Shown one piece after another: positions 40,858 to 51,007 of a stretch of DNA of 64,000 nt. The stretch's first letter is position 1, and every line of letters begins with the position of its first letter. This DNA is from Oculatellaceae cyanobacterium bins.114. Lineage in GTDB: Bacteria; Cyanobacteriota; Cyanobacteriia; Elainellales; Elainellaceae. Under the pieces are notes generated by a model. That model saw nothing but the letters and a program-made list of their open reading frames with translations, was not told the DNA's origin and did not search any database. A program made the translations under genes and the position numbers. Location: NCBI GenBank assembly GCA_033764315.1, contig JANRJA010000077.1, forward strand, positions 64,001 to 128,000, written 5' to 3'.

Positions 40858-42579
40858 ATGGCTGACGTTAAACCTCGTGATGTTCAAGTCGCTAGTATCG
40901 GTACAAATACTCTGGTTCTGCGATCGCGCACCTGGGATCGATTGAAGTTTGAAGTGGAATATGCCCGCCAAAAAGGGACAACCGCTAACTCTTACTTGAT
41001 TCAAGCAGAGAAAAATGCGGTCATTGATCCTCCAGGGGAATCCTTTACCAACATCTATCTGCGGGAATTGCAGCAGCATGTTTACTTTCAGAAGATTCAT
41101 TACGTTATTTTGGGGCATGTCAATCCCAATCGGTTTGCAACCCTGAAGACACTGCTGGAATACGCTCCCCAAGCCACCTTTGTCTGTTCTAAACCAGGGG
41201 CGATCGCGCTCAAAGCGGCGTTTCCTAACCAGGATCTAAATATTCATGTGGTTCGAGATGATGAAACCCTGGATCTGGGCAATGGACACAACCTACAGTT
41301 TGCCTTTGTCCCTACACCTCGTCACCCCGATGCGTTGTGTACCTACGATCCAGCGACTCGCATTCTCTATACGGATAAGCTGTTTGGGGCTCACCTCTGC
41401 GATGATGCTGTCTTTGATGAACAGTGGAAACAACTGGATGAAGATCGCCGCTATTACTTTGACTGTCTGCACGCCTCCCAATCTCGCCAGGTAGAGGCCG
41501 CGTTAGATAAATTGGCGACGTTTACTGCCAAGCTTTATGCACCGGGGCATGGTCCTATCGTGCGCTATAGCTTGAGCCGTTTTAACTACGATTATCGCCA
41601 GTGGTGTCAGCAGCAAAAGACCCAAGATTTGAAAGTAGCTTTGCTCTATGCCTCTGCCTATGGCAACACCACTGCAATGGCAGGAGCGATCGCCCAGGGG
41701 CTACAGCAAGCAGATATCACTGTCGAGTCAATCAACTGCGAATTTACTGACCTCGCTGATATTACAGAGGCGATCGAGACGAGTGACGGTTTTATCATCG
41801 GCTCTCCAACATTAGCGGGTCATGCTCCCACCCAAATTCAGACTGCCTTGGGTACCGTTCTCTCGACAGCTTCTAAAACAAAGCTGGCAGGAGTATTCGG
41901 TTCTTATGGGTGGAGTGGGGAGGCGGTTGACATGATCGAGCGCAAGCTCCAGGATGCAGGGTATGCTCTCGGCTTTGAAACCTTGCGGGTCAAGTTTAAG
42001 CCGACCGATGAAGTGCTCAAACAGTGTGAGGTGGCTGGCACTGAATTTGCTCAAGCTCTTCGCAAAGCCCGCAAAAACCGTAGTGTGCGCCAGTCTGTAG
42101 TAGAAGCTCAGAGCGATCGCACCGAACAAGCTGTGGGTCGAGTTATTGGGTCGTTGTGTGTCCTAACGGCAAAAAACGATGAAACTGATACAGGGGTTCT
42201 CACCTCTTGGGTAGCTCAAGCCACGTTTAGCCCACCGGGACTGACCGTTGCTCTATCAAAGTCATGGGCAGATGACGTATTGACCCAAATCGGAGATGTC
42301 TTTGTTTTAAACGTGTTGAAGGAAGGACGTAACCTGCGGCGGCATTTTGTCAAACCGATTGCCCCAGGTGAAAACCGCTTTCACGATATTCCAACCCACC
42401 CTGCCGCCAATGGCTGCTTGATTTTAGAAGATGCTCTTGCCTATTTAGAGTGCAGGGTGCACGACCGCATGGACTGCGGGGATCATTGGTTGATCTATGC
42501 CACGATTGACAACGGCAAAGTGTTAGAGCCAGTTGGCATGACTGCTGTGCAGCACCGCAAAACAGGCAGCTATCAGTAA
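40858..42579 (+). CDS. flv1: Class C flavodiiron protein with non-canonical ligands (Flv1/Flv2 clade, likely Flv1)
   Basis: HVNPNR replaces HxEPDH; TDKLFGAH; SAYGNT; HRKTGSYQ. Flv1 versus Flv2 not resolved by eye. Confidence 0.75.
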   Translation: MADVKPRDVQVASIGTNTLVLRSRTWDRLKFEVEYARQKGTTANSYLIQAEKNAVIDPPGESFTNIYLRELQQHVYFQKIHYVILGHVNPNRFATLKTLLEYAPQATFVCSKPGAIALKAAFPNQDLNIHVVRDDETLDLGNGHNLQFAFVPTPRHPDALCTYDPATRILYTDKLFGAHLCDDAVFDEQWKQLDEDRRYYFDCLHASQSRQVEAALDKLATFTAKLYAPGHGPIVRYSLSRFNYDYRQWCQQQKTQDLKVALLYASAYGNTTAMAGAIAQGLQQADITVESINCEFTDLADITEAIETSDGFIIGSPTLAGHAPTQIQTALGTVLSTASKTKLAGVFGSYGWSGEAVDMIERKLQDAGYALGFETLRVKFKPTDEVLKQCEVAGTEFAQALRKARKNRSVRQSVVEAQSDRTEQAVGRVIGSLCVLTAKNDETDTGVLTSWVAQATFSPPGLTVALSKSWADDVLTQIGDVFVLNVLKEGRNLRRHFVKPIAPGENRFHDIPTHPAANGCLILEDALAYLECRVHDRMDCGDHWLIYATIDNGKVLEPVGMTAVQHRKTGSYQ

Positions 42580-42741
42580 CAGGCAATAGCGCGATTATTG
42601 AACCAAAGGTGAAACAGCTGCACATTACACCTGTCCCTCTGGTAAACCTAGCTATTCAGCGATCTGTGCTGGTGTCATGGGTGAACGGTATGATTAGCCT
42701 TGCATTGAGCAGCTTGCTGCAAAAGCAAACTTAACTTTTAA

Positions 42742-42814
42742 TGAGCATGGAGGGATTCGAACCCCCGACCCTCAGGACCGGAACCTGATGCTCTATCCAC
42801 TGAGCTACATGCCC
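42742..42814 (-). tRNA. trnR: tRNA-Arg(CCG)
   Basis: Reverse complement GGGCATGTAGCTCAGTGGATAGAGCATCAGGTTCCGGTCCTGAGGGTCGGGGGTTCGAATCCCTCCATGCTCA. Confidence 0.96.
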
Positions 42815-42852
42815 ACGTAACCTTTCGAGAGTATAGCATTTTAGAATCATTC

Positions 42853-43338
42853 ATGCCTTATAAGCTACTGTTTGTTTGCCTTGGCAATATTTGTCGTTCT
42901 CCCTCAGCAGAGAACATCATGAATCACTTGATTGAGCAGCACAACCTGCAAGGGCAGATTGTGTGCGATTCTGCTGGCACAGCAGGCTATCACATTGGCA
43001 ACTCACCCGATCGTCGCATGTCTGCTGCCGCCCAAACAAAGTTAGGGTTCCCACTCAAGGGAGCGGCTCGCCAGTTCACTCGACAAGACTTTGAGACATT
43101 TGATCTGATTTTGGCGATGGATCGAGACAATTATCAAGATATTTTGCGGCTTGATTCTCAGGGAGTCTACGCTAAAAAAGTGCGACTCATGTGTGAGTTT
43201 TGTCGTCAACATCCTGATGAGGAAGTGCCCGATCCTTACTATGGAGGAACGGAAGGGTTTAACTACGTCATCGACTTACTCATGGATGCTTGCGGTGGAT
43301 TGTTGCATGAGGTGGTTGAGCAGCAAATGAAGGAATGA
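42853..43338 (+). CDS. Low-molecular-weight protein tyrosine phosphatase
   Basis: VCLGNICRS P-loop, DSAGT, VPDPYYGG. Confidence 0.95.
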   Translation: MPYKLLFVCLGNICRSPSAENIMNHLIEQHNLQGQIVCDSAGTAGYHIGNSPDRRMSAAAQTKLGFPLKGAARQFTRQDFETFDLILAMDRDNYQDILRLDSQGVYAKKVRLMCEFCRQHPDEEVPDPYYGGTEGFNYVIDLLMDACGGLLHEVVEQQMKE

Positions 43339-43373
43339 GGGGATCAAGAATTCTCAGGAAATCAATCATTACC

Positions 43374-43430
43374 TAATGACTCATGACGAATAACCCATCA
43401 TCAATGACAATTGACAACTAACCATTGACT
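43374..43430. repeat. Degenerate heptamer tandem repeats (STRR-like)
   Basis: AATGACT CATGACG AATAACC ... AATGACA ATTGACA ACTAACC ATTGACT. Confidence 0.55.
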
Positions 43431-43455
43431 GCGACTCCATTACCATTTCCCTTTT

Positions 43456-43896
43456 ATGCACCACGCTTCGATTAGGACATCTGACATTTTTCGAGCGATC
43501 GCCTTCTACGAGCGGCTCGGCTTTGTGGTGTGTGAACGGTTTACAGCAGGGGTAACGCTGGCCTGTTGGATGGAAGGATTAAGGGGGCGGATAGAGCTGT
43601 TGCAGGTTCCCCGCCCTCGTCCGGCAGCCGATGCCTTTTCAGATGAGCATTACACAGGGTACTACCATCTGTCGTTTGATCTCACCGATCAGGTAGAGGA
43701 GTTGCCTACCTGGTTGACGCAGTTACAAGCCCAGTTTGACCAAGCCGCCCAAGCTGGACAGGGAGAACCCCTGAAGGTGTTATTGCCACCTACCCAACAG
43801 ATGATTGGCGATCGCGTCTATGAAGTGGCGTTTATTGCCGATGCAGACGGTCTGCCCCTGGAATTCATTCGAGTTTTAGGAGAACGGGAGCCTTAA
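43456..43896 (+). CDS. VOC/glyoxalase family protein
   Basis: MHHASIRT..I.RAIAFYE, RIEL, GYYHLSF, FIADADGLPLE. Confidence 0.88.
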   Translation: MHHASIRTSDIFRAIAFYERLGFVVCERFTAGVTLACWMEGLRGRIELLQVPRPRPAADAFSDEHYTGYYHLSFDLTDQVEELPTWLTQLQAQFDQAAQAGQGEPLKVLLPPTQQMIGDRVYEVAFIADADGLPLEFIRVLGEREP

Positions 43897-45749
43897 AAAC
43901 TTGTCGCATCCTCATCTTCAGTTAATGAGCGGCTGGGAGGCAGGTTTTCCAGGCTAATGATCGCTTCCATCACAGATTTGGCGATCGGCGCAGATACAGT
44001 TGAGCCATAAGCATCATCTCCTTGAGGCTCATCGATCACCACTAGAACTGCATATCGAGGTGCTTCTACAGGCAAGATGCTGACAAAGCTGGTGATCCGG
44101 GCATGATCATAATAGCCTCCATCAGGACTAGCTTTTTGAGCCGTTCCGGTTTTGCCTGCCACCCGATACCCAGGAATTTGAGCCGCTTCTCCCGTCCCGT
44201 CGGTCACCACTTTTTCCATCATGGCCAATACATTTTGGCTAGTTTGGGGTGAAAAGATCTGAGGAGGGGTTGCCTGACTTGGTTGCCATTCAAGCTCACC
44301 GTTAGCATGAAATAATCCCTGGACAATGTGAGGCTTGACTAACCTGCCCCCATTGGCGATCGCTGCATGGAGTTGCAGCAGTTGAATCGAGGTTAACGAA
44401 AAACCTTGTCCAAAAGCAGTTGTCGCCCGTTCCACAGCCGCATTCATAAATTGGTCATAGGGTTTCATTTGGCTAGGCGACTCAAAGGGCAGGTCGATCC
44501 CCGTTGTCTTGCCCAACCCTAACCGCTCTAACCAACTGTAATAAAGGTTTGGTTGCAACCGTTCAATAATGTGAACCATGCCGACATTACTAGAGTGTTG
44601 CAAGATCTCCGTGATGGTTTGAGCACCCCGTCCGCCTCGCTCATCATAGTCATAGTTTTCAATCGGCCATTCACCAAATTGCAAAGTACCTTCATCGTTG
44701 ATGACATCATTCGGGCGAATGGCTCGTGCTTCTAGGGCGATCGCTACATTGAGAGGCTTAAAGGTTGATCCCGGTTCAAACAGGTCACTGACTGCCCAGT
44801 TACGAAAGCGATCGACCTGAAATCGAAAATATTCATTGGGATTGAAAGATGGCTCAACAACCAAAGACAGCAGTCCGCCATCGCGCACATCCATGACCAA
44901 CACAGCTCCCCGTTTTGCCCCAAATTGCTCCATTTGCTGCTTAAGAGCATAGCGAGCAGTACGCTGTAAGCGGCTATCGAGAGTCAACTGCAAGCGTAAA
45001 TCATCCTGATGCACAAACCCCTGTGGCAGTTGATTGGGGATCAATCCGCCGTCCCCCGTCCGACTCAATTCAACACTCTCAGCCGAGGGTTGCTCTAGCA
45101 TGGCCTGCTGACTAAACTCAATGCCCGCTTGCCCTTGGCGATCGACATCAACATATCCCACCACGTCACCAAATAAGTCCTCTTGAGGATAGAGTCGTTG
45201 GGGATGTTGCACTAGCTCCAAGCCATCTATGTGCAAGGCTGTCACCCGCTCGGCGGTATCTGCGCTCAACGCATATTCCAGACGAATGCCACTATTGCCT
45301 TGACTGAGTTGACTCCATAGTTGAGCAGAGGTGCGGTTTAGCAGGGGTGCCAGAGCGTTGGCAACGGCTTCCTTGGGTTGTTTAAACAGCACTGGATGGG
45401 CATACAACGTATAAACGGGTTGGTCGATCGCTAACACATTGCCCTGTCGATCTACAATTGGGCGACGTGAGGCTAACGGTTGCCAAGTAACAACCTGTTG
45501 TTGTTGTGCCCGCTCTCTGAGCATCGGAGCCTGAACAATTTGCAGCCAAAATAAGTTTAGAAGTAGCCCTAACCCCCCTAAAATCAAAATTCCCCAAACT
45601 AACAACAACCTCAAACGCGAAGGCTGAATCGGTTTATCACCGGGGCGAGACAGCAGGAGAGGGAAGTTACCCCGGTGAGGTAATCGCCGTTGAGCACGTT
45701 TGTTGCGTGTCGTGTAAGGGTGACGAGAAGAAGGAGGAAAAGTCGCCAT
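43893..45749 (-). CDS. ftsI: Class B penicillin-binding protein FtsI/PBP3
   Basis: N-terminal TM, RRPIVDRQG, EPGSTFK (SxxK), SSNVG, KTGTAQK. Confidence 0.92.
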   Translation of the reverse strand: MATFPPSSRHPYTTRNKRAQRRLPHRGNFPLLLSRPGDKPIQPSRLRLLLVWGILILGGLGLLLNLFWLQIVQAPMLRERAQQQQVVTWQPLASRRPIVDRQGNVLAIDQPVYTLYAHPVLFKQPKEAVANALAPLLNRTSAQLWSQLSQGNSGIRLEYALSADTAERVTALHIDGLELVQHPQRLYPQEDLFGDVVGYVDVDRQGQAGIEFSQQAMLEQPSAESVELSRTGDGGLIPNQLPQGFVHQDDLRLQLTLDSRLQRTARYALKQQMEQFGAKRGAVLVMDVRDGGLLSLVVEPSFNPNEYFRFQVDRFRNWAVSDLFEPGSTFKPLNVAIALEARAIRPNDVINDEGTLQFGEWPIENYDYDERGGRGAQTITEILQHSSNVGMVHIIERLQPNLYYSWLERLGLGKTTGIDLPFESPSQMKPYDQFMNAAVERATTAFGQGFSLTSIQLLQLHAAIANGGRLVKPHIVQGLFHANGELEWQPSQATPPQIFSPQTSQNVLAMMEKVVTDGTGEAAQIPGYRVAGKTGTAQKASPDGGYYDHARITSFVSILPVEAPRYAVLVVIDEPQGDDAYGSTVSAPIAKSVMEAIISLENLPPSRSLTEDEDATSF

Positions 45750-45862
45750 GCAAATTGGTGTGGAGGCTGAGGGCTAGAAGCAAAACGAGGATATCTAGGA
45801 GAGAGTCCGAGTTCTTAGAGGATATTAGTCTGTTTGTGCCACTCTAGCCCAGGCAGCGTAGA

Positions 45863-46549
45863 TTAATATCCCAGAGGGGTCGTTGTCTCTAAAGTCGGAG
45901 TATTTACAACCATTGGAGCCGGACGGGGTGGAGCAGGTTTCAAAGGAATAGCATTGCCAGGAGTCGGTTGCACCAATCCAGTCGCAGGGTTTTCTGCTTG
46001 CGATGCTAACTGATGTTTCAACGCTTCATTCGCGATGGTTAGCTGGAGTTCTTTTTGCCGTAGTACCTCTAGCTGATAAGAGCCTCGACCCCAGGCTAGT
46101 TGTGTGTGTACTGTCCAGCCATACACCGTAAGCACGGTTGCCACAAGCACAAGAGTGGCAACTGATGAGGTGCGCTGAGCTACCGTGAGGAGTTGAAGCC
46201 ACGCAGGTATGGCACGGGGATTAGGCAGCGATGCGAAGCCGTTTCTTGGTTGGGGCAATCGCCCAGTTGATGGGGTTTTACGGAGTGTGCCTGCGGGCGG
46301 TTGCCGGACTATTTGCGGCTGTGAGCCTTGTTGAAAGGGTTGCTGCTGAAAAGGCTGCTGCTGAAGAGGCTGCTGCTGAAGAGGCTGCTGCTGAAACAGT
46401 TGTTGCCGTTCACGGCGAGTTCTGGCAGATGCCGGAAATTGAATGACATCAGCCCCATTGCTGTGACTATGCTGACTACTGGCACCGCGTTGATTAGATG
46501 AACGGCGATCGCGATTGGCAGGTTTGAGGACAGCAGACATCAATTTCAC
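45863..46549 (-). CDS. Bitopic coiled-coil protein upstream of ftsI, FtsL-like
   Basis: Disordered N-terminus, single TM, leucine coiled coil LEVLRQKELQLTIANEALKHQLA; synteny with ftsI. Confidence 0.65.
   Translation of the reverse strand: MKLMSAVLKPANRDRRSSNQRGASSQHSHSNGADVIQFPASARTRRERQQLFQQQPLQQQPLQQQPFQQQPFQQGSQPQIVRQPPAGTLRKTPSTGRLPQPRNGFASLPNPRAIPAWLQLLTVAQRTSSVATLVLVATVLTVYGWTVHTQLAWGRGSYQLEVLRQKELQLTIANEALKHQLASQAENPATGLVQPTPGNAIPLKPAPPRPAPMVVNTPTLETTTPLGY
46328..46405. repeat. 15-bp tandem repeat encoding QQQP(L/F)
   Basis: GGCTGCTGCTGAAGA-type units read directly. Confidence 0.85.
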
Positions 46550-46943
46550 TCCTGGATAAACACACCGTACCTAGGAAAGTATCTATTGGATTTGAGTTCA
46601 CACACGCTGTGGATAACCCTAAATCCTATATAAGCAGCGGTGACGCGAGGAATCTATCCCCTTTAATGCAGGTATTCTTCCCAAGAAATACTGCAATGGT
46701 ACAGATAGTTCCCAAGTATACGGGTTAAGTACGAAATAATAGTGTATTTCAATGAAATTTGCTGATTTTCAGGAGAAAAGAACCATCGCAAGAGACGAGA
46801 AATAGCAGAGAAAAGAATGAGAACGGAAATTGAGTGAATGGTTAAGCGTGCTGAGTGCTGCGTGTGCTCAAGTTATTGGGTTAGCCCACCATACGTTTGA
46901 GAGCACAATTTCGGCGGTTAAAGCCGCAACTATAGCCACTGCT

Positions 46944-49073
46944 TTAACTCAAATCTCTCTTGGCGATCGCCGCTTTAACGTTAGTTCGCGTAGGAGGATT
47001 TACACCTGAGAATAAGTAGAGATTACGATTACGAACCCTCAGATCAGAATGCTTAACAGGAATCTCAATGACAAATGTTGAACCATGTCCTGGCTCTGAC
47101 TCCACTCCCAAAAAACCCTGGTGCTGATTAACGATGGTTTGATAACTGACTGCCAACCCTAACCCCGCTCCCTGACCTGTCTTTTTGGTTGTGAAGAAGG
47201 GTTCAAAAATTTTGGGTTGAATGTCGTAATCAATTCCGCAGCCATTGTCGGTGATGGCAATTCGCACCCACGGCTGTTGAGTCACATCATGGCTGATGAC
47301 TTCAGTTGTGATTTTAATAACTTTAGGATCAGGTTGAGGATGGTTTAGGGCTTCGATCGCATTCATCAGCAAATTCATAAACACTTGGTTGAGTTGCCGA
47401 GGATAACACTCAACTCGTGGCAATTTGCCATAGTGCCGAACGATGTTGACATCAGCTTTAATATGGCTTTGCAATACCAATAATGTGTCGTCTAAACCGA
47501 CATTTACATCAGCAACTTTACAATGCGCCTCATCCAATCGTGAAAAGCTGCGTAGCGACAGCACGATCTCACGGATGCGGTTAGCCCCAAACTGCATGGA
47601 GGTCAAGATGCGAGGCAAATCTTTGGTGAGAAAATCTAACTCAATTTCTCGCGTTAACTCTTTTAGCTCTTCCGAGGCTTGAGGACAATGACGCTCATAG
47701 GCATCGAGCAACCGCAACAAATCTTGCACATATTGCTCAACGTAGGGGATGTTGCCATAGATAAAGCTCACCGGATTGTTAATCTCGTGAGCAATTCCCG
47801 CAACCATTTGCCCTAAGCTCGACATTTTCTCACTTTGAATCAGTTGCGCCTGCACATGCTGCAAATGCTTTAGAGTTTCCGTCAAGCTCCTGGCGTGTTC
47901 AGCACTTTCAGCCGCTTGTTGGCGACTTTGGGCATACAGATGCGCTTGCTTAATCGAAATTGCTAACTGATCGGCAACTGCTTGCGCCAGTTTTTGATCA
48001 TCGCGTGACCAATACCGCACATGAGAACACTGGTTTAAGTAGAGAATGGCTTGCAGGGTACCATTCGCTCTAACGGGCACAACTAGTGACGATTTGATCT
48101 GGGCCAGTCGATATTCAATATTGTCAGGACCAATCCGAGGATCTTGGGTAATATCGGGGATCACCACTTGCTGACGAGTCCGAATGACCCATTTTGTAAT
48201 TGGCCCGTCTGTATTGAAGTCCCGAAATGCAGGTGGATAGGGGGAACGGCACACCTCAAACAGATGCTTGCGACGGAAAATAGTTTGATTAATTCCAGGT
48301 TCGTAATACTCTGAAGAGCTGTCGCAGTCGTCATCCAGATTTTCAACGAGATGCACTAAACAGCGATCGGCGTCCAAAGCTTTTTGCAGGTGGGCGATCG
48401 CCTTGGTCAAAATGGTCTTTAGATCCAGGCTTTGCCGAGTTTGAGTGGTTATCTGGTTAATTAACTTTTCACGCTGTGCCTGCTGTTGCATTTGCTCATA
48501 CAGTTGCGCCTGTCGCACAGCGATCTCTAAGCGTTGAGCAATCAGTTGAATAAACTCAACCTCTGGGGCTGACCACTGACGGGGTTCATCGACCAGGCAA
48601 GCAATAAACCCAATTGATCGCTCTCGTCCCCGAACGGGAACCAATAAACTGGCTTTAGCACCAAAAATCTCGTGCGTGTGAACCGTCTGGGTGGGTGGTT
48701 GAATGAAGTGGTTCAACCAGCGTTCTAAACCAGAAACATGTCCGGCACTGATGACGATCTCGCCACGATTGATTAAAGGAGCCGCTGAGCCTAACTTGTG
48801 TAGTGGGTGATCGCCCAAATGAGAGGGATGGTTGCTGTGCAACCGCTCACAAACAACTTGTACTTGTTGACGATCTTTAAAGTGCCAAAAGAAAATGCAG
48901 CGATCGAGTTGCAGCAGCTCAGCAACTTCATCAACAGCAGTTTGCAGAACAACTTTGAGTTCTAATGATGTACGGATGCGATCGACAATCTTGCGAAGGA
49001 GGGCACTCTGCTGTGCAGGATTGCGAAACTGGTGGGTGAGCCAATTATTAGTCAGGGAGGAGAAGAAAGTCAC
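46944..49073 (-). CDS. GAF-GAF sensor histidine kinase
   Basis: Two IRxSLxL...DRC GAF domains, SEKMSSLGQMVAGIAHEINNP, NQVFMNLLMNA, GAGLGL. Confidence 0.92.
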   Translation of the reverse strand: MTFFSSLTNNWLTHQFRNPAQQSALLRKIVDRIRTSLELKVVLQTAVDEVAELLQLDRCIFFWHFKDRQQVQVVCERLHSNHPSHLGDHPLHKLGSAAPLINRGEIVISAGHVSGLERWLNHFIQPPTQTVHTHEIFGAKASLLVPVRGRERSIGFIACLVDEPRQWSAPEVEFIQLIAQRLEIAVRQAQLYEQMQQQAQREKLINQITTQTRQSLDLKTILTKAIAHLQKALDADRCLVHLVENLDDDCDSSSEYYEPGINQTIFRRKHLFEVCRSPYPPAFRDFNTDGPITKWVIRTRQQVVIPDITQDPRIGPDNIEYRLAQIKSSLVVPVRANGTLQAILYLNQCSHVRYWSRDDQKLAQAVADQLAISIKQAHLYAQSRQQAAESAEHARSLTETLKHLQHVQAQLIQSEKMSSLGQMVAGIAHEINNPVSFIYGNIPYVEQYVQDLLRLLDAYERHCPQASEELKELTREIELDFLTKDLPRILTSMQFGANRIREIVLSLRSFSRLDEAHCKVADVNVGLDDTLLVLQSHIKADVNIVRHYGKLPRVECYPRQLNQVFMNLLMNAIEALNHPQPDPKVIKITTEVISHDVTQQPWVRIAITDNGCGIDYDIQPKIFEPFFTTKKTGQGAGLGLAVSYQTIVNQHQGFLGVESEPGHGSTFVIEIPVKHSDLRVRNRNLYLFSGVNPPTRTNVKAAIAKRDLS

Positions 49074-49447
49074 GGAGTTTGACCAGGAGTGATTTGACGC
49101 AGGTTAGTTACGACAACGCAACGTTTTCTAGTAGACTGCACCAACCTTGACACCAAACGATGAAACTCTCCGAAGGGAACACTGAGGCTAATTTGCATTG
49201 GGAAAACTCAGTATCCGTCACGATCCAAGGTAGCCATTCAGCAGGAAAGAACCAGAGATGAGGGAAAGATAAAGGCTACCTCAGTCTTGAGTCTCTTGCC
49301 CGTGCTTTTTTAGGGCTACCCGACTTAACTCTTTTGACCCTGTTCTATTTTTATACCAGGCAACTCCGTAGGAACGATGAACTTTTCCCTTGCTTTACGG
49401 TTACTTCATCATTACTTCGCAGCAATCTAAAGGTTAGATGAATTGAA

Positions 49448-49461
49448 GTAGTTGAGACTAC
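49448..49461. promoter_or_regulatory. Candidate NtcA site GTA-N8-TAC
   Basis: GTAGTTGAGACTAC(A) in the intergenic region ~250 bp upstream of codA; TACTGT lies 24 nt downstream. Confidence 0.35.
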
Positions 49462-49711
49462 ACAAAATCTCAGATTGAATCGGTTTACTGTTAGGAAAGC
49501 TAATCTTTAAGAAATTTGGAATGTAAGGAAATCTAAACAAAGTTTCTGAAAAATAGGTAAAGGGCGATCGCCCAAAAGGTTATACAACAAGGAATAAACT
49601 GATTTCAGGTAATTAGTTCAATCCCCAACATCTTCATTTAAAAAAATCGATTAAACTCTTAAAAACCATCTTCTCCTTAAGTATTATTGCTCAGTTCATA
49701 AAATAGTTGCT

Positions 49712-51007
49712 ATGTCTTCTCAGCCCTTAGATTTGTTGTTACGTCATTGTTACTTGTTGCAGGTTGATCGCGTTGCTGAGGCAGTCGATATTGCCATTCA
49801 AGATGGCAAGATAGCGGCGATCGCGCCCCATATTCAGCAGTCCGCTCAATTAGAGCTTGATCTAGGGGGACAAGTGGTCAGCCCTCCCTTCGTCGAGTCC
49901 CATATTCACCTAGATTCGGTGATGACAGTCGGTGAACCTCGTTGGAATCAAAGCGGTACTTTGTTTGAAGGCATTGAGATTTGGCGGGAGCGCAAACAAT
50001 CCCTCACATTGGAGGATGTCAAAGAACGAGCGATCGCCGCTCTAAAGCAACAGGCGATGCAGGGTGTTTTGTTTGTCCGGAGTCACGCTGATGTTAGTGA
50101 ACAAACCCTGACAGCCCTAAAGGGCTTACTCGCCGCTCGCGAAGCGGTTAAAGACTGGATCACGTTGCAGATCGTGGCATTTCCTCAAGATGGGGTATAT
50201 GGCAGTCCCCAAAATGAGGCGTTACTAGAAGAAGCCCTGAAAATGGGAGCCGATGTGGTAGGCGGTATTCCTCACTATGAGTTGACTCGTGAAGATGGGG
50301 TGCGATCGGTTCATCGTATTTTTGAACTGGCACAGCAGTACGATCGCCTGATTGACATCCACTGTGATGAGATTGATGATGACCAATCTCGTTTTCTTGA
50401 AGTCGTAGCGGCATGTGCCATTCGCACAGGGATGGGCTCTCGGGTCACTGCCAGTCACACTACTGCCTTTGGCTCTTACAACAATGCCTATGCGCTTAAG
50501 TTGCTAGGGTTTTTACAACGCACTCAACTCAATTTCATCGCTAATCCCCTCATTAACATCACCTTACAAGGGCGAACTGACACCTATCCCAAACGGCGGG
50601 GTGTCACCCGAGTCAAAGAATTGTGGCAACAGGGCAGCAATGTCAGCTTAGGGCATGACTGCATTCAAGACCCCTGGTATTCTCTGGGAACAGGCAATAT
50701 GTTGGATGTTGCTAATATGGCAGTGCATGTTTGCCAGATGACAGGCACGTCAGAAATTGACGCCTGCTACAACATGGTGACGTGGCAGGGAGCCAAAACC
50801 CTACACATTGAGGACCAATATGGAGTTGAGGTGGGCAAGTCTGCCAACTTGATTGTGCTAGACACAAACGTTCCCTCCGTTACCCCAGAGCGACTGCGCT
50901 ATGACACTATTCGACGACGAGCTACCATTCGTTATGTGATCTCGCAAGGAAAACTATTGGCTCACACTGAACCTCCTCAGTCCCAGTGGAAAGGAGAATG
51001 GCTCTAG
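49712..51007 (+). CDS. codA: Cytosine deaminase
   Basis: PFVESHIHLD, WNQSGTLFEGI, AFPQDG, HCDEIDD, SHTTA, GHDCIQDPWY. Confidence 0.95.
   Translation: MSSQPLDLLLRHCYLLQVDRVAEAVDIAIQDGKIAAIAPHIQQSAQLELDLGGQVVSPPFVESHIHLDSVMTVGEPRWNQSGTLFEGIEIWRERKQSLTLEDVKERAIAALKQQAMQGVLFVRSHADVSEQTLTALKGLLAAREAVKDWITLQIVAFPQDGVYGSPQNEALLEEALKMGADVVGGIPHYELTREDGVRSVHRIFELAQQYDRLIDIHCDEIDDDQSRFLEVVAACAIRTGMGSRVTASHTTAFGSYNNAYALKLLGFLQRTQLNFIANPLINITLQGRTDTYPKRRGVTRVKELWQQGSNVSLGHDCIQDPWYSLGTGNMLDVANMAVHVCQMTGTSEIDACYNMVTWQGAKTLHIEDQYGVEVGKSANLIVLDTNVPSVTPERLRYDTIRRRATIRYVISQGKLLAHTEPPQSQWKGEWL

Noticed and set aside
37145-42814. tRNA-anchored integrated element between the two tRNAs
   Set aside because: No integrase, no duplicated tRNA 3' end (att) seen, and core flv genes lie inside.
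46944-49073. Possible cyanobacteriochrome GAFs in the GAF-GAF kinase
   Set aside because: No Asp-motif or Cys-His bilin attachment signature recognised.
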